Assembly: GCA_002816455.1 (NCBI GenBank)
Contig: MUCR01000019.1
Location: 107-64,106, forward strand
Reading direction: 5' to 3'
DNA: 64,000 nucleotides
Source: SAR202 cluster bacterium Io17-Chloro-G4
Lineage (GTDB): Bacteria > Chloroflexota > Dehalococcoidia > Lucifugimonadales > UBA3495
A program made the translations under genes and the position numbers. Within the stretch, counting starts at the first letter, position 1, and the number at the start of each line of letters is the position of its first letter. A model generated the notes under the pieces. The model was not told where the DNA came from and did not search any database. It saw only the letters and a list, made by a program, of their open reading frames with translations. Shown here piece after piece: positions 17,943 to 27,216 of the stretch.

Positions 17943-18644
17943 TTGGCCAACTCGGAGCACCTAAAAATCGCCAAATCCGGCCCCGAAGCTTTCGCTAAGT
18001 GGCGGGAAGAGAACCCGGACACCGATTTAGACCTGGTTGGGGCCGACTTGGCTGGCGTGGACCTGAAAGGGGCTAAGATACGCAGGGCCAACCTCAAAGG
18101 CGCCGACCTATCCGGGGCAACCTTGAGCCGTGCCAGCCTGGCCGGAGCTAATCTAGACGGGGCCAATCTGGAAGCCGCCGATTTGGGGCATGCGGTCTTA
18201 ACCGGGGCCAATTGTTCAGGCGCATCGCTGCTTAACGTCAACTTTTTTTGGGCCGACCTGAATAACTGCAACCTTACTGGCGCATCCCTGCGGTCCTGCC
18301 GCATGGGCCGGGCTTCGCTCATCGGTGCGAACTTAAATCGAGCGGACTTTAGTCAAGCCAACATGATTGAAGCCGATTTGCGAAACGCGAACTTGGAAGG
18401 GGCGAAGTTTCACTCTTCCAACATGAACGGCGCCGACTTGGGCCGGGCCTTCATGCATGGCGCTGATTTCACTTTGGCGATGATACGAGATTCCATGTTT
18501 GTGGCGGCGGACCTGCGGGGAGCCAATTTCCAGCAGGCCAGCCTGCACCGCTCGGATATGACCATGGCCAGGTACGACGAGTCTACCCAGTTCCCTGAGG
18601 GATTCGACCCCAATGACACCGGACAAAAGGACGTCGACGGTTAG
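17943..18644 (+). CDS. Pentapeptide repeat protein
   Basis: Tandem A(D/N)LxG repeats; N-cap (M)ANSEHLKIAK and C-cap ARYDESTQFPEGFDP; TTG start inferred. Confidence 0.9.
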   Translation: MANSEHLKIAKSGPEAFAKWREENPDTDLDLVGADLAGVDLKGAKIRRANLKGADLSGATLSRASLAGANLDGANLEAADLGHAVLTGANCSGASLLNVNFFWADLNNCNLTGASLRSCRMGRASLIGANLNRADFSQANMIEADLRNANLEGAKFHSSNMNGADLGRAFMHGADFTLAMIRDSMFVAADLRGANFQQASLHRSDMTMARYDESTQFPEGFDPNDTGQKDVDG

Positions 18645-18707
18645 GTCTTCTCCACACTCCCGTATGGTAAAATGGCCGCTCTCAAGAACTGATTAATTGG
18701 GGGCTAA

Positions 18708-19739
18708 TTGGCAATCTTGCAGATAGCGGCGGACCGCCCCGGTTCCGGAAAATCCAGCCTGGCCGGCGCTTTGCTGCTTCACCTGACTTCCGCAGGCAAG
18801 CGGACAGCCTACTATAAGCCCCTGTCTCCTCTTGGTGGCGACGACCCCGACGTTAGCTTCTTCTCCCAGTCTCTACTGGCTGACTCATCTTTGCCTCCGG
18901 CGCCGCCTTCCAACACCTTGCCAAGGGAAGGGGACAGCCTGGAAGGGGCTCTCTCGTCCCAAATCGAAACCCAAGCAAGCCAGCTCAAAAGCCAATCTGA
19001 TGCGGTTCTCCTGGAAGGCCCCGATCTAGCGAATGCGGACGGCTCCGTTTCCTCCCTGGCCCTTGATTTGGCAAATGCGACTGATTCCAAAGTCTTGGCC
19101 GTAATCTGGTACAGCAAAGGATTGGCGGCGGAATTTGTGGCACGCGCTTGCCAGCCGTTGGGAGAACGCTTGGCCGGTGTGCTGATTAACGGCGTAACCC
19201 CTTATCGAAGCCAGCAGGCAAAGGCTGTATTGGGAGCGGAATTGGCGGCCAAGGGAATCCCGCTACTGGGCGTTGTGCCCGAAGACCGGACGATGCTTGG
19301 CGTATCGGTGCAGCAAATCGCGGATTACTTGAATGGCCGCTGGGTACAAGAACCGGAAAATGTGGATGCTCGGGTGGAGCGGTTCTTGATCGGCGGCAAC
19401 ATCATGGACTCGGGGCCGTCTTACTTCGGCCGCTACTCCAATCAAGCGGTGATCACCCGCGGGGCCCGGCCGGACATTCAAATGGCCAGCCTAACCTGCG
19501 ACCCGTGCTGCCTAGTGTTGACCGGTGGCGATGAGCCTGCCGAATATGTTAAATCCGAGGCTTCGCAAAAGGGCGTGCCATTGATTCTGGTTGATACCAA
19601 CACGATTGATACCGCCGACTCCTTGGGCGGACTCCTAGATTTGGCCACATCCCGCAGCCTACAAAAAATCCAGCGCTTCCAGCATCTGCTGGAGGAACAC
19701 GCCGACATGGATGCGCTTGCGTCTCTGGCATTGAGTTGA
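18708..19739 (+). CDS. BioD-like/DRTGG domain protein (stand-alone Pta N-terminal family)
   Basis: P-loop PGSGKS, YYKPL, VLLEG, AVITRGARPDIQMASL, CLVLTGG; no PTA catalytic domain. Confidence 0.85.
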   Translation: MAILQIAADRPGSGKSSLAGALLLHLTSAGKRTAYYKPLSPLGGDDPDVSFFSQSLLADSSLPPAPPSNTLPREGDSLEGALSSQIETQASQLKSQSDAVLLEGPDLANADGSVSSLALDLANATDSKVLAVIWYSKGLAAEFVARACQPLGERLAGVLINGVTPYRSQQAKAVLGAELAAKGIPLLGVVPEDRTMLGVSVQQIADYLNGRWVQEPENVDARVERFLIGGNIMDSGPSYFGRYSNQAVITRGARPDIQMASLTCDPCCLVLTGGDEPAEYVKSEASQKGVPLILVDTNTIDTADSLGGLLDLATSRSLQKIQRFQHLLEEHADMDALASLALS

Positions 19740-19783
19740 TTGCCTAACTGGCGATATTTAAGACGGGACCGGCCCAAGTGTTC

Positions 19784-19813
19784 TTGACTCTGGTCCAATC
19801 GTTGCCATAGAAT
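19784..19813 (+). promoter_or_regulatory. sigma70-type promoter upstream of the iscA-like gene
   Basis: TTGACT-N18-TAGAAT. Confidence 0.5.
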
Positions 19814-19894
19814 GGTGTGTACGGCTTAATTCCGAATATCTGCTATCTGATCGATATTGTCCCCTTAGATCGCTTCAATAGGCATGGAGAGTTT

Positions 19895-20251
19895 ATGGCT
19901 ATAACACAAGACGGCGTAGAACTTACTGTCGCCATCAGCGAAAAGGCAGCGGAAAAAATAAAATACTTTGCCGAGAAAGACGGTATTACCGACAACGTCG
20001 GTGTCCGCGTGGCTGTTAAAGGCGGCGGGTGTTCCGGTCTCACCTACGATCTCATCATTACAGACAAAGAATTCGAAAGCGACAAGATTGTGGAGCAACA
20101 CGGCGTCAAAGTGATGGTGGACAAAAAGAGCTACATCTACCTTGTGGGGACCGAGTTGGAGTTCTCCGACGGGTTGAATGGCAAGGGCTTTATTTTCCAG
20201 AATCCCAACGCCACTAAGACCTGTGGCTGCGGTACTTCCTTCTCCGTTTAG
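19895..20251 (+). CDS. iscA: A-type iron-sulfur cluster carrier (IscA/ErpA/HesB)
   Basis: GGGCSGLTY and NPNATKTCGCGTSF; GGAG SD before the ATG at 19895. Confidence 0.93.
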   Translation: MAITQDGVELTVAISEKAAEKIKYFAEKDGITDNVGVRVAVKGGGCSGLTYDLIITDKEFESDKIVEQHGVKVMVDKKSYIYLVGTELEFSDGLNGKGFIFQNPNATKTCGCGTSFSV

Positions 20252-20287
20252 CTCTCAACTACTCTGTCTTAAGGTCCGAATATCCAG

Positions 20288-20325
20288 AAGCGCCGTCTCA
20301 TAGAATAATTGAGCGGCGCTTTTTC
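20288..20325 (+). terminator. Intrinsic terminator between iscA and ygfZ
   Basis: aagcgccg..tca-loop-tgag-cggcgctt followed by a T-run. Confidence 0.65.
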
Positions 20326-20339
20326 TTTAGTAAAACTTT

Positions 20340-21437
20340 TTGGAGCACGTAATGGGACTACATCGTTCTGTTTTGCACTCAACCGGCGCCGTTACAGCCG
20401 CTGACCTCGTTGAAAAATACGGGTGGGAACTGCCGACGGTCTACACCGACGTGGCCTCGGAATATGAGTCGGCTACCACTGCCGCCGCAGTCCACGATGC
20501 ATCCTACATGGGCCGACTCAAGGCCACCGGCGTTGACGCCCTCGACTTGCTCAACCGACTTTCCACCAACGAAGTGATTGACCTAGAAGCCGGGCAAGGC
20601 GCGCCCACCATTTTGACCACGGACCGGGGCCGGATCCTAGACGTAATTATCGTGCTGAATACCGGGGAGCACGTTTTACTTTTAACCAGTCCCCAGATGC
20701 AGGACCCGGTGATACAGTTTCTGGACAAATACACCATCATGGAAGACCTGACGGTTGAGGACGTGTCCTCTTCCACGTCCATGTTGGCGGTTTGGGGGCC
20801 TAAGTCCTCAGAATGTTTAGCAAAGGCCACCAATACTAATCTGGACGGGCTAGCGCCCTATGGTTCTCTTTCCGCCGATATTGGTGGCTGTTCGGTCCGG
20901 CTACTCTCCTGTACGCTTTCCGATCTGCCGGGTTACTACTTGATCTGTTCCACCGAGGACGCATCGGCGGTGTGGCAAGGAATCACTAACTCCGGCGCGA
21001 CTCCCATGGGCACATCTGCATCCGAAACGGCGCGCGTCTTCCAGGGCACGCCCGCTCAGGGCAGCGAGATGGGGGACGATTTCAATCCGCTGGAAGCCGG
21101 GCTGATAGGCGCCATCGACTTCACCAAAGGGTGCTACATCGGCCAAGAAGTCATAGCCCGGTTAGACACCTACAAAAAGGTGCAGAAATACTTAGTGAAG
21201 CTAGCCTTCGGCGAGGGCTCCGGCGTCACAGCCGGCTCCACTCTCACGCTGGAAGGCAAAACGGTGGGCAAAGTAACCTCGGTGGTCAGCGACCCTTCCA
21301 CGGGCCAGGACATCGGTCTTGCCTACGTGCGCACGGCGCAAGCAGAGGTGGGAATTCGGCTGGAATTGGAGCCTCCCGGATCAGGTTGGGCGGAGATTCT
21401 CAGCCTCCCCCAGATGTTCGGTCCCGAACGAAGTTAA
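20340..21437 (+). CDS. ygfZ: Folate-binding YgfZ/Iba57 family (GcvT-like) protein
   Basis: Signature DFTKGCYIGQEVIAR; GcvT-fold N-terminus; adjacent to iscA. Confidence 0.85.
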   Translation: MEHVMGLHRSVLHSTGAVTAADLVEKYGWELPTVYTDVASEYESATTAAAVHDASYMGRLKATGVDALDLLNRLSTNEVIDLEAGQGAPTILTTDRGRILDVIIVLNTGEHVLLLTSPQMQDPVIQFLDKYTIMEDLTVEDVSSSTSMLAVWGPKSSECLAKATNTNLDGLAPYGSLSADIGGCSVRLLSCTLSDLPGYYLICSTEDASAVWQGITNSGATPMGTSASETARVFQGTPAQGSEMGDDFNPLEAGLIGAIDFTKGCYIGQEVIARLDTYKKVQKYLVKLAFGEGSGVTAGSTLTLEGKTVGKVTSVVSDPSTGQDIGLAYVRTAQAEVGIRLELEPPGSGWAEILSLPQMFGPERS

Positions 21438-21460
21438 CGGAGATATCCGACCCTCCCATT

Positions 21461-21510
21461 GTGAGACCTGGGTGAGACCTGGGTGAGACCTGGGTGAGAC
21501 CTGCTCTCAC
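21461..21510. repeat. Tandem 11-bp repeat (GTGAGACCTGG) x4 followed by the complementary TCTCAC
   Basis: gtgagacctgg x3 plus gtgagacctgc-tctcac, between convergent genes. Confidence 0.9.
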
Positions 21511-21604
21511 GAAACGGGACAAGATCCGGATGTAAGCTTCATCTGAGCGGCAAGCAATAATTCCCCGCTATTACATATGTTGGGGTAGTTATTCCGATAC
21601 GTTG

Positions 21605-22720
21605 TCATGCGCCTAAAGCGACCGTATTGGACTCTTTGAAATTGGGGAGGACCTTGGAACCTAGCAAATCCAAGGCCCGCATTATGTCCGCGTGCGGAGT
21701 ATTGCCTGCTTGGATCATAAACATTAGCTGGTCTAAGCCTAGATCCGCCCACTTTTCAATTCCCCGGCAGACTGAGTCTGCGTCACCACCAATCACCAAA
21801 CCGTCTCGGATCAATTCTTCGTTATCCCGCCGAAGGACAGATTCTCGAACGCCTGGGCGCCGGCCTTCTGCGGCCTTCTCTTTGTAGTACTCTCCGGTGA
21901 GGCTGCTGAAACGGACCTGTTGTAGCGGAGCATTATTGTCCCCCGCATACCACCGTGCCGCTGCACAGGCTTTATCGCGGCCAACCGTGTAATCAGCGTC
22001 AATGTTGCAAATGGTGAAGCACGCCACCTGGTGGTTGGGATATCCGCCTACAGGTTCGCATTCGGCCATGGCTTCCCGGTAGGCGCGGATAGACGGGACT
22101 ATTTCGTCCGGCTCCGTAGCGTTAAATCCTAGTATTCCCAGGCCCTTTCTCGCAGCCTCAGCGTAGGTAGAGGGCTGGGTTCCGGCTACCCATAGCGGAG
22201 GATGCGGCTTTTGCACCGGCTTGGGCACCAAAGACCGCTCGATCAGATTCGGATACCATTTGCCTTGCCAACCTGGAAACGGATCGTTGACGAACATGGA
22301 ACAGATCACTTCGAGGGACTCTTCCCAGAGCTCTTTAGAATCGTCCGGTGAGACCCCAAAGGCTTCAATATGGTAGGCAGACGCTCCTCTGCCGGTTCCG
22401 AACTCGACCCTACCGTCAGAGAGAATGTCGAGGGTCGATATGTACTCGACAACTCGGTATGGATGGTTGCAGGGTAACACCACGACTGCCAGCCCGAGCC
22501 TGATCTTGGAGGTGCGTTGAGACAGAGCCGCCAGGAATAACTCTGGAGCCGAGCTATGGCCGATTTCCGTGTAGAAATGGTGCTCCGTCTGCCAGTAGTA
22601 GTCAAAGCCGACAGCTTCGGCATACACCGCCTGCTCCATGGCTTCTTTGTACAACAAAACTTCCTCGTTTTCCCGCCATGGTTTGGGCGTTTGGAGTTGG
22701 GTAAAGTAGCCAAACTTCAT
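21605..22720 (-). CDS. LLM class flavin-dependent oxidoreductase (luciferase-like monooxygenase)
   Basis: MKFGYF, GFDYYWQTEHHF, TLDILSDGRVEFGTGRG, PKPVQKPHPPLWVA. Confidence 0.93.
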   Translation of the reverse strand: MKFGYFTQLQTPKPWRENEEVLLYKEAMEQAVYAEAVGFDYYWQTEHHFYTEIGHSSAPELFLAALSQRTSKIRLGLAVVVLPCNHPYRVVEYISTLDILSDGRVEFGTGRGASAYHIEAFGVSPDDSKELWEESLEVICSMFVNDPFPGWQGKWYPNLIERSLVPKPVQKPHPPLWVAGTQPSTYAEAARKGLGILGFNATEPDEIVPSIRAYREAMAECEPVGGYPNHQVACFTICNIDADYTVGRDKACAAARWYAGDNNAPLQQVRFSSLTGEYYKEKAAEGRRPGVRESVLRRDNEELIRDGLVIGGDADSVCRGIEKWADLGLDQLMFMIQAGNTPHADIMRALDLLGSKVLPNFKESNTVALGA

Positions 22721-22837
22721 AGAAATCCCCTCAATAAATCGGAACAATGACTTACTAAAATGCCTTACTTAAATGGATCTCGGTGGCGTGCGCTCAACCC
22801 TGGACGAGCGGGTGACCGTTGCCGTATTCCCCAGGCA

Positions 22838-24040
22838 CTAGCTTGGTTGGACCACCTGGATTTGGCCATCGGGGCTGGCTGACAGCAAGGCGAAGAAGTC
22901 GTATCCCCGCCTGGTCAGTTCCTCCGAGCCGCCTTCTTTCCGGTCTAGGATTGCCGCAACCTTAACCACGGTGCAGCCAACCGCCTCGGCAGCCTCTATG
23001 GCTTGAAACAACGAGCCGGCAGTGGTGCAAACGTCGTCAACAATCGCCACCTTGCTCTTCGGCGGCAAAGGCCCCTCTATCCCTTGCCCGGTACCATGCA
23101 CTTTGGCCTCTTTCCGTACAATAAATCCGGGTATATTCTCCCCTCGCAGGCGGCTGGCAAAGGCAATGCTCGAGACCATGGGGTCTGCGCCTAACGTTAG
23201 CCCTCCAACCGCTTCTGCTCCAGCTTGCAATAAGACAGGCAGCATAGCCTCAGCGATGAGTTGGGCGCCTTCGGGGTCCAAACTCAGCAGCCGTCCGTCG
23301 AAATAATAGCTGCTTTCTTTCCCAGAGGTCAGGGTAAACTTCCCATACTTGAGTGCGCCCCGCTCCAGCGCCACTTCTAGCAGCCGTCCGCGGGTAGGCG
23401 GCGCCGTCCCGACTGTGACCTTGTCCGAGGTCTCACCGTCCGCTTGGTAGAGGTGGTGTCGCTGCACATACTCGGACACGCCTCCCGGGAGGTAATACCT
23501 GAGGGACATGCCTGCCTGGGCCCGTCGGCGAATTTCACTGGCGCTGATTCCCATGAGGGGCATGGAGAGCAAAGTAATTTTGCCAGCGGAACCGGGATAA
23601 TCAGCCAAGAAACTGGCTTGGTCGAAGCCTTGATGGCCCGGCCTTTCCACCACAACCCAATGACACAAGTCAACAAGGGTTTCAGGATCCTTCCACCCAC
23701 TAAAGTGCTCCATAGCATCCAGACCCAAGATGAAGAACAACTCTGTGCCTGAACCTAAACTGCCCTTCATTGCTTTCAACGTATCGACGGTATAGGTCGG
23801 ACCGGACCTCTCTACCTCATCAACGGACACTTGAAAGTGGGGATTGGAGGCGACTGCCAGGCGAACCATTTCCATCCGGTGGTGGGCCGAGCTTAGCGGC
23901 GTCCCGTCTTTTAGCCACGGCTGTCCCGCAGGCATAAATAAAACTTGGTCGAGGCCCAACTGTAGCCGGGCTTCTTCCGCCAGGGTCAGGTGGCCTAAAT
24001 GCACCGGGTCGAATGTTCCCCCCAGTATCCCTATCCTCAT
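22838..24040 (-). CDS. nadD: Fused nicotinate-nucleotide adenylyltransferase / orotate phosphoribosyltransferase (NadD-PyrE)
   Basis: N-half GGTFDPVHLGH, YTVDT, ISASEIR; C-half LTSGKESSYYFD, RKEAKVHG, IVDDVCTTAGS; one open frame. Confidence 0.92.
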   Translation of the reverse strand: MRIGILGGTFDPVHLGHLTLAEEARLQLGLDQVLFMPAGQPWLKDGTPLSSAHHRMEMVRLAVASNPHFQVSVDEVERSGPTYTVDTLKAMKGSLGSGTELFFILGLDAMEHFSGWKDPETLVDLCHWVVVERPGHQGFDQASFLADYPGSAGKITLLSMPLMGISASEIRRRAQAGMSLRYYLPGGVSEYVQRHHLYQADGETSDKVTVGTAPPTRGRLLEVALERGALKYGKFTLTSGKESSYYFDGRLLSLDPEGAQLIAEAMLPVLLQAGAEAVGGLTLGADPMVSSIAFASRLRGENIPGFIVRKEAKVHGTGQGIEGPLPPKSKVAIVDDVCTTAGSLFQAIEAAEAVGCTVVKVAAILDRKEGGSEELTRRGYDFFALLSASPDGQIQVVQPS

Positions 24041-24041
24041 C

Positions 24042-25331
24042 TCAGAACCACTCGACCTCGTACCGCCCGATTTGAATAGTGTCGCCCGCTTCAATGCCCA
24101 GGTCGGCCAAACGGCGGGCCAAGCCTTTCTTCGTCATCTCCCGCCATAGCTGGAGGATCACACGTTGGTCTCGTAGGTCTACCATGGCAGCCATGCGTTC
24201 AAGTTCTTCTGACTCAATTCTGTAAACGCCGAGGTCTTTATAGACCAATTCCTGGGCTGCCGGACGGAGTGGCCTATGGACGGGCTCAGTAATATTATCT
24301 ACCGCGTCCATTTCTTCAACTTCGATGGAAAGATACTCGACAATCTTTCCTAATAACTCGGGTATGCCTTCCCCTGTGACTGCGGAGATAAACAGGATGG
24401 GCACATCAGTTCCGGCCTCCCCTTCGTCCAGCGCCTCTCTTAAAAAGAATTCTATCTCTTCTCGCTTGTCACGGACTTCTGTGACGTCAATTTTATTAAC
24501 GGCTATCACTTGCCGTTTGTTGGAAAGGACATCGCTGAACATGCGCAGCTCGTTGTTCAGCATTTTCAAGTCAGCAACGGGGTCTTCCGCTAAGCCGTCG
24601 ATAACGTGGGCATAGATACGCGCTCGCTCCGCATGACGCAAGAACTCGTGCCCTAACCCAATTCCTTTATGCGCGCCCTCCAACAGCCCGGGGACTTCCA
24701 TCATCACAAAGTCTTTTCCGTGACTAGACACAGCCCCCAGAACCGGCTCCACTGTGGTGAATGGATAATCGGCAATTTTAGGCTTCGCTCCTGAGCATCG
24801 AGAGATCAGCGTAGACTTGCCCGCGTTTGGACGGGCAAGCAATCCCACATCCGCAAGTAACTTTAGTTCCAGGAAAAGGACTTTAGCTTCGCCCTTTTCA
24901 CCTCTTTGAGCCAATACGGGTTCTTGGTTGGTGGAGGACAAGTACCGCGTATTTCCCCAGCCCCCTTGCCCCCCTTGGGCCACCAGGTGGGGCGTGGGAT
25001 CAATGACATCCGCTAGGAATGTCCTTTCGCCATGTTCGTCTTGTGTATAAATCTGAGTACCTAGTGGAACTTTGACGTAGAGGTCAGGCCCATTACGGCC
25101 CCGTTGATCTTTTCCTTTACCATGCGCTCCAGCTTCCCCGTACATCGTGCTGTTAAACTTCAAATGGAGGAGCGTGTTGTAAGAAGCGTCACCATAAATG
25201 TAGGCGCTACCCCCATTCCCACCGTCACCGCCATTGGGGCCACCCATGGGCTTATACTTTTCCCGCAGAAAACTTATGCACCCGTTACCTCCGCTACCGG
25301 CTCTTATGTTTAATCTAACTGTATCAATCAA
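24042..25331 (-). CDS. obgE: GTPase ObgE/CgtA
   Basis: Gly-rich Obg fold GGPNGGDGGNGG, ELKLLADVGL, PNAGKST, KIADYPFTT, GLGHEFLRHAER, NKID, C-terminal LGIEAGDTIQIG. Confidence 0.95.
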   Translation of the reverse strand: MIDTVRLNIRAGSGGNGCISFLREKYKPMGGPNGGDGGNGGSAYIYGDASYNTLLHLKFNSTMYGEAGAHGKGKDQRGRNGPDLYVKVPLGTQIYTQDEHGERTFLADVIDPTPHLVAQGGQGGWGNTRYLSSTNQEPVLAQRGEKGEAKVLFLELKLLADVGLLARPNAGKSTLISRCSGAKPKIADYPFTTVEPVLGAVSSHGKDFVMMEVPGLLEGAHKGIGLGHEFLRHAERARIYAHVIDGLAEDPVADLKMLNNELRMFSDVLSNKRQVIAVNKIDVTEVRDKREEIEFFLREALDEGEAGTDVPILFISAVTGEGIPELLGKIVEYLSIEVEEMDAVDNITEPVHRPLRPAAQELVYKDLGVYRIESEELERMAAMVDLRDQRVILQLWREMTKKGLARRLADLGIEAGDTIQIGRYEVEWF

Positions 25332-25750
25332 AATAGATGGACTTTAAATAATAATCATAATAATGGAGTGGATACTGGGAATAACTTGAGATTTGTGAGG
25401 CGGCAGAAGCGGTCTGCCGAACGTAGATTAGCTTTATTCTAACACGGAGAAAACCGTGGGGGCCGTGGATAGTGGGTTATCTGACGTTAATAATTTATGC
25501 AAAGCCGGAAAGCGTGCGGAGCCGCGAACGCAATTTGCTCTGGAAAAAGGTTGCTTCTTAAACAACAGACAATGAGTTATCAACATGAGAACTACAAGTT
25601 ATGCACCGCAACGGCGACGCCCGGAAACGGAATTATTAAGGAAGACTGCCAATCAGCGTTGCTGCTTGCGAATTGCTGGCTGCTTTTAGAGAATGTTATC
25701 CTTGGGCTATAAACGGCTATTCCTGCTATGAAGTGAAGTGGCGGCTCTGG
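25332..25750. other. Probable chromosomal replication origin (oriC)
   Basis: Minus strand 25384->25342 reads TTATTCCCA GTATCCACT CCA TTA TTA TGA TTA TTA TTTAAAG (tandem DnaA boxes, short spacer, DnaA-trios, AT tract). Further box-like 9-mers at 25464-72, 25495-503, 25577-85 and 25599-607. Confidence 0.72.
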
Positions 25751-27205
25751 ATGAGCGTGGATTATCGACACGGGAAAGGCGCATTGCGCAAGGCCGTTCT
25801 CCCCATTATTATTTTTGCCCTTATGATGCTAGTTGCCTGTCAAGGCACTGACAGCGCCACAAGCGCTCCCGGTGAGATACTAACGGCGAAGCCGGAGCGT
25901 GCCACGGCAACGAAGACAGCCGAAGCTCAAAGAGAAAATAAGCCAGGCCCAACGACCCCCAATTCAGCAACGCCCGCACCGACTGGACAGGAAATGACCT
26001 TGGACCGAATAGCCTACATAAATTCAAACGGTGACCTCCTCACAATCAACCCTGACGGCAGCGACATCAAGGCGTTGACCGCAGGAGTCCAGGCTTCGAC
26101 TGGGTCAACTGGCCGGGCGATTGCGCAGCCCCTGAACCTGGATCGTTTCTATGCCTGGCCCACGTGGTCGCCAGACGGCTCCCAGATAGCCGTCTCGCGG
26201 GTACAAGCGGCCAGCGGCGGCTCTCAAATATCGCTGGAAATTGTGAACACTACTACGGTGAGAGAGAGAACCGCCTACGTGAATACCGCGGGCGGGCTCG
26301 TCGCTCAAGGCGCCCCCCACTATATTTATTGGTCGCCCAGCAGCAGGTACCTATCTTTTCTAGCCTCCACCGCCGATGGTCTTACCCTGTTTGTAAAGGA
26401 CACCGAAGCCGACGCAGAAGCAGTTGAAGTGTCTGTGGGAGCGCCTTTGTACTGGCATTGGCGTCAAGACGACTCCGCCTTATTGTTGCACAATGGCACA
26501 GAGATCGAGCTTGCCGAGGCGCCGTTTCAGCAAGAACCGCGAAAGCTAATCTCCTCTCCCTCTCCCTTTCGTGTCCCCGCAATCTCTCCCGATGGCGCTC
26601 GGTTCGCCTATATTAACGTGGACCAGGAAGGCTCATCACTGGTGGTGGCGTCCCTGGATTCACCGGAGAATGGAATCAAGTTATTGGGCGTGGGGGCAAT
26701 ATCCGCTTTTGCCTGGTCCCCAGACGGGACCGAGATAGCGGTGGCCGACCAGCAGAACACAAGAACGCCGGTGTACCAGAAGCTCCAGGTGGTGTCGGCG
26801 ACCGATGCGAATCAGGTACGGACTATTACCGAAGAGCCGGTCCTGTCCTTCTTTTGGTCGCCTCAAGGGGACACCTTTGCTTGGGTTGGGTTTGACGTGG
26901 AGAATAGCTCCTTTGAATGGACCGTGGCAGATCGGAGTGGCGACTCGGTAAAGAGGCTGTTTAAGTTCCAACCCTCCAACGACATTTTTACCATGCTCAG
27001 CTTTTTCGACCAATACGCTTACTCCAACTCCCCGTGGTCTCCCGACGGAGCCCATCTGGTCGTAGCGGGCACTCCCGAAGGAGTCACCAGGTCTGGCAAT
27101 GGGCAGTCGCCCACACGGGACCGCATATATGTGCTGGACGCCACTGGAGAGCAGCCTCCCTTGGATATCGCCGGTGGAACCGTGGCCTTCTGGTCGTGGA
27201 ACTGA
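25751..27205 (+). CDS. TolB-like (PD40/WD40) beta-propeller lipoprotein
   Basis: Lipobox LVAC, repeated WSPDG motifs, T/P-rich linker. Confidence 0.85.
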   Translation: MSVDYRHGKGALRKAVLPIIIFALMMLVACQGTDSATSAPGEILTAKPERATATKTAEAQRENKPGPTTPNSATPAPTGQEMTLDRIAYINSNGDLLTINPDGSDIKALTAGVQASTGSTGRAIAQPLNLDRFYAWPTWSPDGSQIAVSRVQAASGGSQISLEIVNTTTVRERTAYVNTAGGLVAQGAPHYIYWSPSSRYLSFLASTADGLTLFVKDTEADAEAVEVSVGAPLYWHWRQDDSALLLHNGTEIELAEAPFQQEPRKLISSPSPFRVPAISPDGARFAYINVDQEGSSLVVASLDSPENGIKLLGVGAISAFAWSPDGTEIAVADQQNTRTPVYQKLQVVSATDANQVRTITEEPVLSFFWSPQGDTFAWVGFDVENSSFEWTVADRSGDSVKRLFKFQPSNDIFTMLSFFDQYAYSNSPWSPDGAHLVVAGTPEGVTRSGNGQSPTRDRIYVLDATGEQPPLDIAGGTVAFWSWN

Positions 27206-27216
27206 TCGACACATCT

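Noticed and set aside
17943-18644. Pentapeptide-TIR defence protein
   Set aside because: The N-cap is similar, but the protein ends after the repeats with no TIR domain.
21461-21504. Possible mini-CRISPR
   Set aside because: The 11-bp units are contiguous with no spacers, and there are no cas genes.
25497-25712. 71-aa ORF in the obgE upstream gap
   Set aside because: No recognisable motif or SD, and it overlaps the DnaA-box-like cluster.
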